Assembly (NCBI GenBank): GCA_963822925.1
Contig: CAWGJN010000001.1
Coordinates: forward strand, 217,622 to 281,621
Reading direction: 5' to 3'
DNA: 64,000 bases
Source of the DNA: an uncultured Gemmatimonadales bacterium
GTDB taxonomy: Bacteria; Gemmatimonadota; Gemmatimonadetes; Gemmatimonadales; GWC2-71-9
This document shows positions 20,793 through 31,100 of this stretch, in pieces. Each line of letters starts with the position of its first letter. Position 1 is the first letter of the stretch. The position numbers were made by a program, and so were the translations under genes. A model generated the notes under the pieces. The model made no database searches. It saw only the letters and a list, made by a program, of their open reading frames with translations, and was not told where the DNA came from.

Positions 20793-23700
20793 CTAGAAGC
20801 CGAACCGCCATTTCGCGCCCAGCTGCATGGTCCAGCGCGACTGCCGCTGTCCGTACACGGTGCGCTCCACCACCGCCGGCTGCGTGAACTGGTAGATCGG
20901 CCGGTCGTTGACCGTGTCGTAACCGGCTACGCTGAGGAACGCGGGACCCTCCTCGAACGCGCTCACTTCCTTGTACAACCCCCAGTCGCTGCTCAGGAAA
21001 TTCAGGAAGTTGAAGATGTCGAGGGTGAGCTCGATGCCGGAGCCCTTGACCTCGGGCGTGGTCCAGCCGACGCGCAGGTTGAAGTAGTTCTGCCATGGGT
21101 TGCGGCAGGAGTTTCGCTCCAGGATGCCGCCGCGCGCGGCCGCCAGGCACTTCTGGCCGCTGATGAAGCTCTGCAGCGAGTCGTACGCCGACGGGTTGCT
21201 CAGGGTAATCTGGCTCGGGTCGGCCGGCACGAACACCAGGTCGTTGCCGGCAATACCGTCCCCATTGGCATCGCCATTGGTTCCGGCTGGTCCGGAGTTG
21301 ATCATCCAGCCATACGGCGCGCCGGAAAACCCGGTGTAGAACACCGAGAAGTCGAAGCCATACGGAAGGTCCACCGTCCCGGTCAGCGTCACCTTGCCCG
21401 GCACATCGAAGAACGAAGTAGTCACGTCGCGGTTCGCAATGGTGCCTGCGCCGATCGAGGCGAACTGGTAGTTGGAGAAGGCCTGGCTCGATGTCGCCGA
21501 GATCTGGTCGGTGGTGTGCGAGTAGGTGTATGCCGCGTTCATCTCGAAGTGGTTCGCGAAGTTCTTCTGCACCTGGATCGTGCCAGCGAACGTCTGCCCT
21601 TCCGACGTGTTGGTGTGGAACACCGCACTGGTGACCGCCGCGGTGCGCCGCACCACCGTCGCCCGCCCGTTGGCCGCGTCGAAGGTGCCGTAGATGGCGC
21701 GGCCTTCGCCCGAGGTGGTGGGGTCCTGCGGAATGTTGGTGTCCTGCAGGTAGATCTGGTTCACCTGCTTCGCGTAATAGCCGTCGAGCGTGAGCACGAA
21801 GCCGCCGGGAAGCCGCTGGTCGAAGCCGAGCGAGGCCCGGAAGTTCTGCGGATACTTGAAGTTCGGGTCGAAGTAGTCCACCTCGCCGGCCACGCCCGTG
21901 GGAGTGCCGGTACGGCACGCGATCAGGCTGCGCCGCGGGATCCACCGTGAAGTCGGGCGTAGCCGCACCAGTGCAGGTCACCTGGATGAAATCCGCACCC
22001 GTGTTGGTGAACGAGTTCGCGAGCCACACGTACGGCGGCCGTCCCGAGAAGATGCCCACCCCGCCGCGAACGATCGTGCGCGCCTGCCCGGTCACGTCCC
22101 AGTTGAACCCGAGGCGTGGCGACCAGAGGACGTTCGCATTGGGAAAGTTCCCGGTGTTGATCGGCAGGTTCGGGTCGTTCACCAGCGCCGGGTTGGTCCT
22201 CGGGCTGTTGATGAGCGGAATGTCGGCGCGGATACCGAGTGTCACCGAGATGCGCTCGGATGGCGACCACTGATCCTGGGCGTACAGGCCGAACTGCTGC
22301 GCCCCGATGAGCGCGATCGGCCCCTTCGGCTGCAGCGGCGTCGCGATGCGGCGCTGGAAGGCCGAAGGCGTGCCCGCGGCCAGGCTGTCGAGGCTGCTGA
22401 ACGACCAGACGCCGATGCTCGCCTGGAAGAACTTGTTGTCGAAGCTGAAGAACTCATTCTGCGTGCCCACGGTGAACCGGTGTGAGCCGGTGCCGAACGA
22501 GAAGTTGTCGGCCACCGAGAAGATGTTCTGGTCGAGGCTGTTGGTCTGGGAGAATCGTTCGGCACCGGCGGCGAGCCACGAGGTCGACGCGCCGATGTTG
22601 CCCACCGCCGTGAGAATGAGCGGCACCTGCTCGGGCAGGTCGCGCGAGTCGCGCACCGTCTGGTAGCCGGTGAGGAACTCGTTCGAGAGTCCCTCGCCAA
22701 AGTCGGCGATCCAGCGCGCGCGCAGGGTATTCACCTTGCCGATCTGGACATAGCCGCTGTTCGAGAGCTGCCAGCCGTCGCGCATGCGACCGGTGATCGC
22801 GACGCCAGTGGGGTTACGGATGTATGAGCCGAGGTCGGCGTCGGAATAGTTGTAGGACAATTCGAGCTGGCTCGACTCACCGGTGTTGATCGAGAGCTTG
22901 CCGAAGAGGTTGGTGAGCGGGTTCTCCACGTTGGGCGTGCTGCCATCCCCGGAGTTTGTGATACCATAGGACCCGAGGATGTCGACGAACTCGTCTACCG
23001 TCGTGGTGGTGAAGCCGGTGTTGGCCAGGTCAGTCGCATCGTTTCCGGTGAGGTTGTACGGGGACGAGAACGCCGATTCGCGCGACTGGATGTCGGCCGA
23101 CACGAAGAAATGCAGCTTGTCGGTGAGAATCGGGCCACCAAGCGTGGCGCCGTACTGCCAGATGCTGAGGCTGGTGAAGGTCGGGTCGTCGCGGTAGCCG
23201 GCGAGGCTCTTGCTCTGCCGGTACACGAATGCCGAGCCGAGGAACCGGTTCGTGCCCGACTTGGTGATGCCGTTCACCATGCCGCCGGCGAAGTTGCCCT
23301 GGCGCACGTCGTACGGCGCCACCATCACCTGGAACTCGGACACCGCCTCGAGCGAGATCGCCCGTGCGCCCGACTGGCCACCCGGCACCCCCGACGCCGC
23401 GAGGCCGAAGAGATCGTTGTTGACTCCGCCGTCGATCTGAATGTTGTTGTACCGGTTGTTGTTGCCGGCGATGGATGTACCGACCGCCTGGGGCGCGCTC
23501 GTGATGAGGTCGGTGAAATTACGTCCCTGCAGTGGCAGGCTCTGGATCGCGGAATCACCAATGATCTGTGACGGGCCGGTGCGGCTCGCATCGAGCAGCT
23601 TGTTGTCTTCCTGCGCCGCCACCTCAATTTCCTGGAGCTGCACCACGGTTGGCTTGAGCGCCACGTCGCGGGTCATGCGCGTGCCCAGACCCAGGGTCAG

Positions 23701-24003
23701 ACCCTGCTGCACCACGGGCAGGAACCCGATGGCGCGGACGGTTAGCTGGTATCCGGAACCCGGCGTGACGTTTTCGAAGCTGTAGCGCCCATTGCTCCGG
23801 GTATTGGCGATGAAGGTCTGCCCCGTCTGCAGGTTCTTGAGCTCTATGCGCGCGGCATCTACCGGGGTGACCGCACCCTCCTGGGTGACCGTGCCCTGAA
23901 TTGCGGCGGTCGTGACACCCTGCGCATGGAGCGAACGCCCACCTGCCAGCAGGACCGCGAGCGACAACGCCGCGCGGCCGATCATTCGGGGGCAGCTTTG
24001 CAT
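20793..24003 (-). pseudogene. TonB-dependent receptor with carboxypeptidase-regulatory-like N-terminal domain, interrupted by one frameshift
   Basis: ORFs 20710..24051 (good to ...PDFTVDPAAQ) and 20793..21968 (good from LIACRTGTPTGVAGEVDYFDP to the C-terminal WRFGF) join near 21920-21940. Signal peptide ...GGRSLHA|QG. Plug-like IIGDSAIQSLPLQGRNFTDLI. ATG 24003 is preceded by GAAGGAAG. Confidence 0.8.
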
Positions 24004-24356
24004 GAGGCGCTTCCTTCGACGACTCGCGGGACGCTGGCAAACCACCACCAATGGCTGGAACCGCCCGGGAGGCCGGGCGAACGGCCATAACTCGTTTACT
24101 GCATTTGGTTTAGCTGATTCGGTGAGCTGCCGATCCGGGCCGCCTGGCTGTCTATGTATAGGCCAGTTGCCGCATCACAAACGCTCACTGGGGGAGAAGT
24201 TACGCACCAGTCGATCTGCGTCAAGCACGCTGCGCAGCCATTTACGATCTCGTGACTGGTTGTCGATGAAGTCCACTGGTTGACAGGGACCAATCGCGGT
24301 CGTTCTTTACCCCGGTTCCCGCACCGGGGACTGGATTCGACCCAAGGAGCGCGCAA

Positions 24357-25340
24357 TTGGCCGCCGCAAAGCCCACGATCCTCGCTGATCTCGTCACCCT
24401 GACCAAGCCGCGCATCATTTCGCTGCTGTTGGTGACGACGGTGGCGCCGATGTTCATGACCGATCGCGGACTGCCTTCGGCGATCCTTGTTTTCTGGGTG
24501 GTAGTCGGCGGCTACCTGATGGCGGGCGGTGCCAACGCGATCAACATGTGGTTCGACCGGGATATCGACGACCGGATGACCCGCACGCGCCTGCGCCCGA
24601 TACCGGCCGGCCGGATCACGCCAGCGCAGGGACTCGTCTTCGGGGTAGCGCTTGGCGCGATCGCGTTCGGAATCTTCTGGTACCAGGTGAACCCCCTGAG
24701 CGCCTGGCTCGCCATGGGCGGGCTGCTGTTTTACGTGCTCATCTACACCATGCTGCTCAAGCGGAACACGGCGCAGAACATCGTCATCGGCGGGGCGGCC
24801 GGGGCATTTCCTCCGCTGGTGGGATGGGCCGCAGTGACCGGGCGTCTCGACCTGGCGGCGCTCTACCTCTTCGCCATCATCTTCTACTGGACCCCGCCGC
24901 ACTTCTGGGCCCTGGCCCTCATCAAGCAGGGCGAGTATGCCAAGGCTGGCGTCCCGATGATGCCGGTCGTGAAGGGGGAAGCGCGCACCAAGTGGGAGAT
25001 GCTGGTCTACACCCTGCTGCTGCTACCCCTCACCATCATGCCCACGGTGTTCGGCGCGCTCGGCCCGTTCTACCTGGTGGCGGCCGTGCTGCTTGGCGCC
25101 CGGCTTCTCTGGTACTGCATCGCGCTGCTGCGCGAGGCCGGCGTCACGCCGACGGCGTGGAAGATGTACCGCTATTCACTGCTCTACCTGTTCCTGCTCT
25201 TCCTGGCGATGGGTATCGACCGCTACCTGCCGCGCGCCAGCCGCGAGGCGGCACCCGAAGTGGTCATCCTTCGCCAGAACGACGAAGCGGCAACCCAGGC
25301 CGCCCGGAAGGCGGGACTGGAGTTGCCGCTGGCCCAATAG
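24357..25340 (+). CDS. ctaB: Protoheme IX farnesyltransferase (heme O synthase)
   Basis: ORF, 327 aa. UbiA-family motifs GGANAINMWFDRDIDDRMTRT and WTPPHFWALA. TTG start preceded by AAGGAG. Confidence 0.9.
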   Translation: MAAAKPTILADLVTLTKPRIISLLLVTTVAPMFMTDRGLPSAILVFWVVVGGYLMAGGANAINMWFDRDIDDRMTRTRLRPIPAGRITPAQGLVFGVALGAIAFGIFWYQVNPLSAWLAMGGLLFYVLIYTMLLKRNTAQNIVIGGAAGAFPPLVGWAAVTGRLDLAALYLFAIIFYWTPPHFWALALIKQGEYAKAGVPMMPVVKGEARTKWEMLVYTLLLLPLTIMPTVFGALGPFYLVAAVLLGARLLWYCIALLREAGVTPTAWKMYRYSLLYLFLLFLAMGIDRYLPRASREAAPEVVILRQNDEAATQAARKAGLELPLAQ

Positions 25341-25359
25341 GGCCCGGTCGGACGCGAAA

Positions 25360-26790
25360 CTAGTACGACGCGTTGTTGCTGCTGTAGAAGTCCACGGCGA
25401 GGAAGCGCCCCGCTTCGCGTACGCCGTCCTCGGTCAGAATGTTACGCCAGTCAGGCTGCTTCGGCTCCTTCAAGTCGCTCGAGACCATCAGCCGCCAGTC
25501 CCCGACGCCGGTCCGGTCGGCAAAGATGTACCACTTGCCCTGGCCCATGTCCTGGTAGTTCCACACCTCGAACGGCGGGGCCCGCTGGATCTGCGCGCGG
25601 CGCCACATGGACGTCGCGGCACCATTCTTGGCGAATATGCGGCCGCGATCCGTCTTCCAGCCGGGAATGTTGCGTTCCTTGTAGTTCTTGTTGGCGAACG
25701 CGATCGCGGCATAGAACTGGTCGCGCGCCTCGTTGACCTGCGTACCCTTGTTCGGGTCGCGTGCCGCCCAGAAGTCCGTAAGGTACTTCCGCTTCGCGTC
25801 GTCACTCAGCGACTTGTTCCACACCTTGAGTTCGCTCGGTGAAGCGATGTAGTACAGCGGGGCAAAGGCGGTATCGAGCGCCTCCGGACTCATGTACTTG
25901 AAGTAACCCTCGTCGGACGTCTTCTCGGTGTTGATGCGGCTGACTTCCTGCTGCAGCGTGGTATCCAGCGCGGCCATGGTCATGGGGGCTGAGCGATCGA
26001 TCCCGCGGCCGGCGAGCTGCAGAAGCACCTTCAGCTGGTAGCGGCCCGGTGGCAGGCCCTCGAGATTGAGCCGTCCCTTCAGCATCCCGCCGGATGCGGC
26101 CACCTTCACCGGCGTGTTGGCCGTCTGGACCAGCGCCTTGCCGCCGGCGTCCACCACTTCCACCGCCATCGTCCCCGATTCTTCCGTGCCTTCGTTGTAG
26201 GCCTCGAGCACGTAGTACGCTTCCGGCTCGAGCGGCGTCAGGCGCAGCACGGCGGATGGGCTGAAGAGGGTGCTGCCCTTCCGGATCTCGCCCGGCTTGG
26301 GCACCGAGTCGCTGGCCGTGGCCGACCGCATCGCGGACGCAAGGGTAAGGTCGGAAGCATCGGGCCGGCTGGTGTAGGCCTCCACCGGAATGCTGTTTGC
26401 GAGCGTCCGTCCCGACACGGAATCCGTGACTTCCACCGACACGGTGTACGTCCCGGGCGCGATGGCGAAGTCCATCATCTCGAGTCCGTTGTTACCTGGG
26501 GTGCGAACCGCGGCGGCCGAGAAGCGCGTGCGCCACGAATCGGTGTGGAGGGTGATGCCGGCCTGGTCGGTGACCTTGACCCCCACCAGGTACACCGCGC
26601 CGGTGGGACCCGGCTCCATGACGGAAAGCGGAACCTGGATCAGGACGCGCACCCGAGTCTGGCCGCCGTTTTCGGGACGGTATGACCTCACGGCGCGAAG
26701 GGAAAGTCCGTCAGGGGCCTGGGCCAGGACGGCGGGGGCCTGAACGAGCAGCGCCAGCAGGGCCAGAGCGAGACAGCTCCGGAATCGCAC
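25360..26790 (-). CDS. GWxTD domain-containing secreted protein
   Basis: ORF, 476 aa. Signal peptide ...APAVLA|QAP. C-terminal PGWKTDRGRIF...PPFEVWNYQ matches the GWxTD motif context. Confidence 0.8.
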   Translation of the reverse strand: MRFRSCLALALLALLVQAPAVLAQAPDGLSLRAVRSYRPENGGQTRVRVLIQVPLSVMEPGPTGAVYLVGVKVTDQAGITLHTDSWRTRFSAAAVRTPGNNGLEMMDFAIAPGTYTVSVEVTDSVSGRTLANSIPVEAYTSRPDASDLTLASAMRSATASDSVPKPGEIRKGSTLFSPSAVLRLTPLEPEAYYVLEAYNEGTEESGTMAVEVVDAGGKALVQTANTPVKVAASGGMLKGRLNLEGLPPGRYQLKVLLQLAGRGIDRSAPMTMAALDTTLQQEVSRINTEKTSDEGYFKYMSPEALDTAFAPLYYIASPSELKVWNKSLSDDAKRKYLTDFWAARDPNKGTQVNEARDQFYAAIAFANKNYKERNIPGWKTDRGRIFAKNGAATSMWRRAQIQRAPPFEVWNYQDMGQGKWYIFADRTGVGDWRLMVSSDLKEPKQPDWRNILTEDGVREAGRFLAVDFYSSNNASY

Positions 26791-26896
26791 GTTGATTGCT
26801 CCGTTGGGACGGTAACTCGGGAACGGATGGCGCCCGCGGGCGCCATCTCGCGCTGTGAACCTGCCACCGGAGACGACAGGCAGGCCCCGAAAGACA

Positions 26897-26924
26897 CAGG
26901 CGGGCCCCGGGAGGGGCCCGCCTG
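26897..26924 (-). terminator. Intrinsic terminator-like hairpin after porV
   Basis: Perfect 12-bp stem CAGGCGGGCCCC / GGGGCCCGCCTG with a 4-nt loop. On the minus strand it is followed by TGTCTTTCG. A second 9-bp hairpin lies at 26826-26847. Confidence 0.5.
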
Positions 26925-26942
26925 CCGGGTTGCTACCCCGGT

Positions 26943-28082
26943 TCAGAAGCCGACGCTGAACGTGAAGAAGTTCGTCGGCCCGAGCGTGCCCATGTACTTG
27001 TAGGCATAGTCGAGGCCGACGCTGAACTTGCTCGCCGTCTGGAAGGAAAGGCCGCCACCGAACGCCAGGCCCTGCAGGTTCTCCTCGTCCGCCACCGAGC
27101 TCGGGAGCTGGGTCGGGGTGATGTTGTTGGCCGGCTGATAGCTGTAGCTCACCCGGAGCGCCGCGCCGAAGCCCGAGCCGCCGAGGTGCTTGAAATCCGC
27201 TTCAGTGCCGAAGCCGAACGACGCCTTGTTGCTGATCTGCTGGTTGAAGTCGCCGATCAGCGTCCAGCGGGTATCGGTCTTCGAGACGATGTCGTAACCC
27301 AGGGCGACCTTGAAGACGGTCGGCAGGCCGTAGCCCTTGGTGCTGAGTACGCCCTGCTGCGGGTTGGTTGGCACCGTCGGAACGCCCGGCACCGAGTCAC
27401 GCGGCACCTGGACGATCAGCGGGTCGCCGGCGTAGCTGATGTTCGAACCGAGGTTCATCAGCGTGAACGAGAACTGGATCGGGTGCCCGCCCAGCCGTGA
27501 GTGGAAGTTCGTGCCGAAGTCGACGGCAAACGCGCTGCCGGTGGCGCCACCCAGGTTGTCGAAGATGAACTTCGCCGTGATGCCGGCGCTGAACCGGTCG
27601 GAGAAGTTCTGGGCGTAGGTGAGGCCGCCGAAGGTTTCGCTCACCGAGTACACCGAGCCGGTGCCATCGGGTTGCTCGACCGTGTAGACCGGCTGGTCAC
27701 CGAAGCCGAAGGTGCCGAACTGAAGGCCGAAGGCCTTCGACCGGCCGCCGAACGGGAACGAAAGGCCCGCCCAGGCATAGCTGGTGTTGGCAACGTAGTC
27801 GTACGCGCTGGCCGTGAACCCGCTGGTTCGCTGCAAGGCGATACCGGCAGGGTTGTAGTACAGCGCGCTGACGTCGTTGGCGATCGCGGCAAACGATGTT
27901 CCGAGTGCCGCGCCGCGCGCCGAGGCGCCGAGCAGGAGGAATTCCGCGGAGGTGGTGCCGTACGACGTGTTGTCGCCTTGGGGCACCGATGCGCTGGTGT
28001 CCTGCTGGGCCGCAAGCAGCGTCGGGCTCCCGATGAACAGCATCCCCGCCAGTGCCCAGCGAAGTCTTTGAGAATCACGCAT
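26943..28082 (-). CDS. porV: PorV/PorQ-family T9SS outer-membrane protein
   Basis: ORF 26943..28136 trimmed to ATG 28082, preceded by AGGAGA. Signal peptide ...PTLLAA|QQD. GTTSAEFLLLGASARGAALGTSFAAIANDVSALYYNPAGIAL is the hallmark PorV N-terminal pattern. Beta-barrel-like C-terminus ending in F. Confidence 0.75.
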   Translation of the reverse strand: MRDSQRLRWALAGMLFIGSPTLLAAQQDTSASVPQGDNTSYGTTSAEFLLLGASARGAALGTSFAAIANDVSALYYNPAGIALQRTSGFTASAYDYVANTSYAWAGLSFPFGGRSKAFGLQFGTFGFGDQPVYTVEQPDGTGSVYSVSETFGGLTYAQNFSDRFSAGITAKFIFDNLGGATGSAFAVDFGTNFHSRLGGHPIQFSFTLMNLGSNISYAGDPLIVQVPRDSVPGVPTVPTNPQQGVLSTKGYGLPTVFKVALGYDIVSKTDTRWTLIGDFNQQISNKASFGFGTEADFKHLGGSGFGAALRVSYSYQPANNITPTQLPSSVADEENLQGLAFGGGLSFQTASKFSVGLDYAYKYMGTLGPTNFFTFSVGF

Positions 28083-28148
28083 GATCTTTCGATCTCCTGA
28101 GGTAGGTGGTGGGGCCCCGTTCGGAACCCCACTCACCGGGCCAGTGGA

Positions 28149-31100
28149 CTACTGGGCGAAGTTCACCACCGTAAAGCGGCCGACCCTGCGTGCGTCGCCG
28201 GCTTCGATCATATAGAAGTACACACCCGACGCGACGACCTGGTTGTTCCGGTTGCGGAGGTTCCATGCCTCCGAACCGCTGTAGTCGGTCGAGTTGTGCT
28301 CGAGCATGCTCACCAGGATACCGCTGGACGTGTAGATGCGGATGATCGCCTGGGTCGGCAGGTTCACGAACTGGAGGATCTTCGCTTCAGTCGTGGCCTC
28401 GTACCCGTTGGTCACGTAGTACGGATCTGGCACCGTGTGCACCCGGGTCAGGTCCAGGTTGGTGGTCGCCACCGTAGCTGGTCGGCTGCGTCACCGTGAA
28501 CTTGACCTGCAGGCCCGGGATGGCCGGGGAGCGCACGACCGGCGCGAAGCGTGTACCCGGTCGGCGTGGTGCCTGCCGGCAGTGTGCCGGCGGCCGCGTC
28601 GCCGGCGGCGGCCTTCACGACGCCGCTGTAGGTGCGCAGCGTCCACTTCGTTCCCGGCCGCGCGGCAGTGCGCCGCCGGTGAGCTGGAAGATGTAGCGCT
28701 CACCGTTGATGTAGAGGCCGATGCCCGTGCCCGTCGCCGGCAGCTGCCGGTGCATTGGGTGATGACGACCGGTCCCGGCGCGACGGTATTCACGAAGCCG
28801 CACCGTGTCCGGCCAGGTCGGCCGGCCCGAGTCCGCCACCTCATTGATGCAGTACTCCGCCACGTTGGGCGACGTAGTTGAAGTCGAGCCCAGTTGACCA
28901 CGCCGTCTGCCGTCCGCGTCGGTGACGAAGCCCCATGAGGCGCCGCCTGCGTGTTGAACGGCACCGGGACGTCGTGCGTGATGTCTGACCGACTCCATCG
29001 TGCCACCCGGTGCCCCACGTGAGCACCACGTCCGCCTCGCGGCTCAGGCCGGCGAAGCCGTAGCGCGAAGAACTGGATGTCGTGCCGTTGTTCGCCGGTG
29101 ACGCTGCAGCGACCGTCGGCGTGAGCGGATTCTGGTCCACGTGTTGATCGGGGCCCAGATCGTGTCCACACCGGTCAACCCGCTGCCGACCCGGATGCTG
29201 TACGCCGGGTGGTTCGACCGTTTCGTTGTCGCCCTGGAACCAGCGCGAACCGCCGGGCGAAACAGCGGCCGTGGCAGCTGGTCGTTGCCCCCGACGCAGC
29301 GCACGAGCGCGGCGGTGTTGTTGCCGATCAGGTTTCGGCGGGCCGCCTGGCCCTCGAAGCTGGAGAACTGGATGTACTGCCGCTCGGTGACACCGACGGC
29401 GGCATTGCCGGTCACCGTGCCCGGGATGCCGTACGTCGCGGCGGCAGTCGGGTCGATGTTGACCGGCTGCGCGCCCAGCTGGGCTTCGAACTGGGTGATG
29501 CCGTCGAAGCTGCTCCAGATCGGCCACGGCGTCACCGTGACGAACGGGGTCTCGCACGCCATCCTTGTTGAAGGTGACGTAGAAGATGTAGCAGGCGCCG
29601 CCGCCGCCGAAGTTGGTCACGCCACCGCACAGTCGGGTTGTTGGTGTCGTAAGCCGTCACCGAGTCGATGACTGCGGTCGAGGTTCAGCGCCGGCAGCAG
29701 CGCCGGGATCAGCGGTGCAAAGGCACCGGACACGCCGTTGGTCGCCGGCGGCGTGCCGTTGAAGCGGCCGGTGGCCGCGTCGATGTCGAACGGGCGGTCT
29801 GACGTCGAGCGCCGTATCGCCCGTCACCGAACAGGCCGGACGACAGCTGCGGCGCCTGGACGTTGGACCCGTTGACGCTCGGCGTGACCGGCTTGGCCAC
29901 CCGCGGAGACTCGAGGCTGCTCGGGCCCGACTGGTAGCTGTTGACGTCGAACGCCGTCACCGAGTAGAAGTAGCGGAAGTTGTTCTTCGGCTCGCGATCG
30001 ATGAAGCCGAACGGCACGCCGTTGTCGGAGAGCTGCGGGTAGCCGCCGTTCGCCGCCGACGTCAGCGCCGTGTCCGAGTTCGCGATCGACCAGCGCGCAG
30101 GAGTTCGACGAGGCAATCGCTCGCCCGGAACCTGCCCCGGGTTGACCACCACGCGCGACGCGGAACCCGAGCTTGACCTGGATGAACTGGCCCACCAGCG
30201 GATACGCCGTCGACACCGTCGCCGAGATGCCGCTGAACTGGACGTAGTTGAACGCCACCGGGCAGGCGATGGTCACGCCCGAGCTCGGGAGCGCAGGTCG
30301 ACACCGGCTGGATCTGGCCGGTGAAGTCGCTCATCTGCGGTGCCGGCGTAGTCGAACTGGGCCACCAGCGTGAGCTGACCCGAGTTGTCGACGCGGCCGC
30401 GATAGATCCGGTAGCCCTCGACGTCGTACTGCCGGTAGTTCGGGTCGTAGAGCGACGTTCGGGCTCGAGCGGCGTGCCCGGGTCGCTGGCGACCACGAAG
30501 TACGGGTCACCCTGGATTTCGGACGCCGTGGGCTGCCAGACGATGGAGACCTGGTTGTTGCCCGGGATCAGGTAGAAGTTCGGCGTGACCGGCGCGAACG
30601 GGAGGAGGAACCCGTTGTCGAAGATGACCTGCGCCGTGAGCGCCTTGTTGAGCAGCGAGCCCGGGATGGTCCGGAACTCGCTCTGCTCCACCGTGCCGCT
30701 CGCCGTCGATGTCGGTGTAGCCGTTGAACCCCGTGAGCGAGTCGATCTCGTTCGCGCCCACGCTGAGCTGCGACACGTTCGGTCAGGCGCACCGGGTTGC
30801 CCGGCGTCACGTCGGTGCTCGCCGTCGGCGCGAAGCCTGGGATCGCGACCGGGGCGGCGAAGATGTACGCCACCACGATGCTGCCGAAGCCGCCCGGGGT
30901 CAGGTTGAGCGCCGTGGACGACTGGTAGAAGCGGGAGTCGGCCGCGGACGGGTTGATGAAGCAGATGCCCACCGCGAAGACCACCGGTCACGTTGCAGGC
31001 CTGGTCGCCCTGGGCCGGATCCAGGTTGCCGGACAGGTAGCGGAAGAGCTGGAACACGTTGGCCGGGTCACGGAAGCCCGTGGCCGCGTTGATCGTGTTG

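Noticed and set aside
24300-24356. GGATTCGACCC (T-loop-like) and a CCCCGG...CCGGGG hairpin upstream of ctaB, considered as a tRNA or tmRNA fragment
   Set aside because: No acceptor, D or anticodon arms can be drawn around it. It is more likely part of the ctaB 5' leader.
28470-30990. Programmed ribosomal frameshifting or transcriptional slippage as an explanation for the frame switches
   Set aside because: There are far too many sites. They go in both directions (+1 and -1) and show no shared slippery heptamer or downstream structure.
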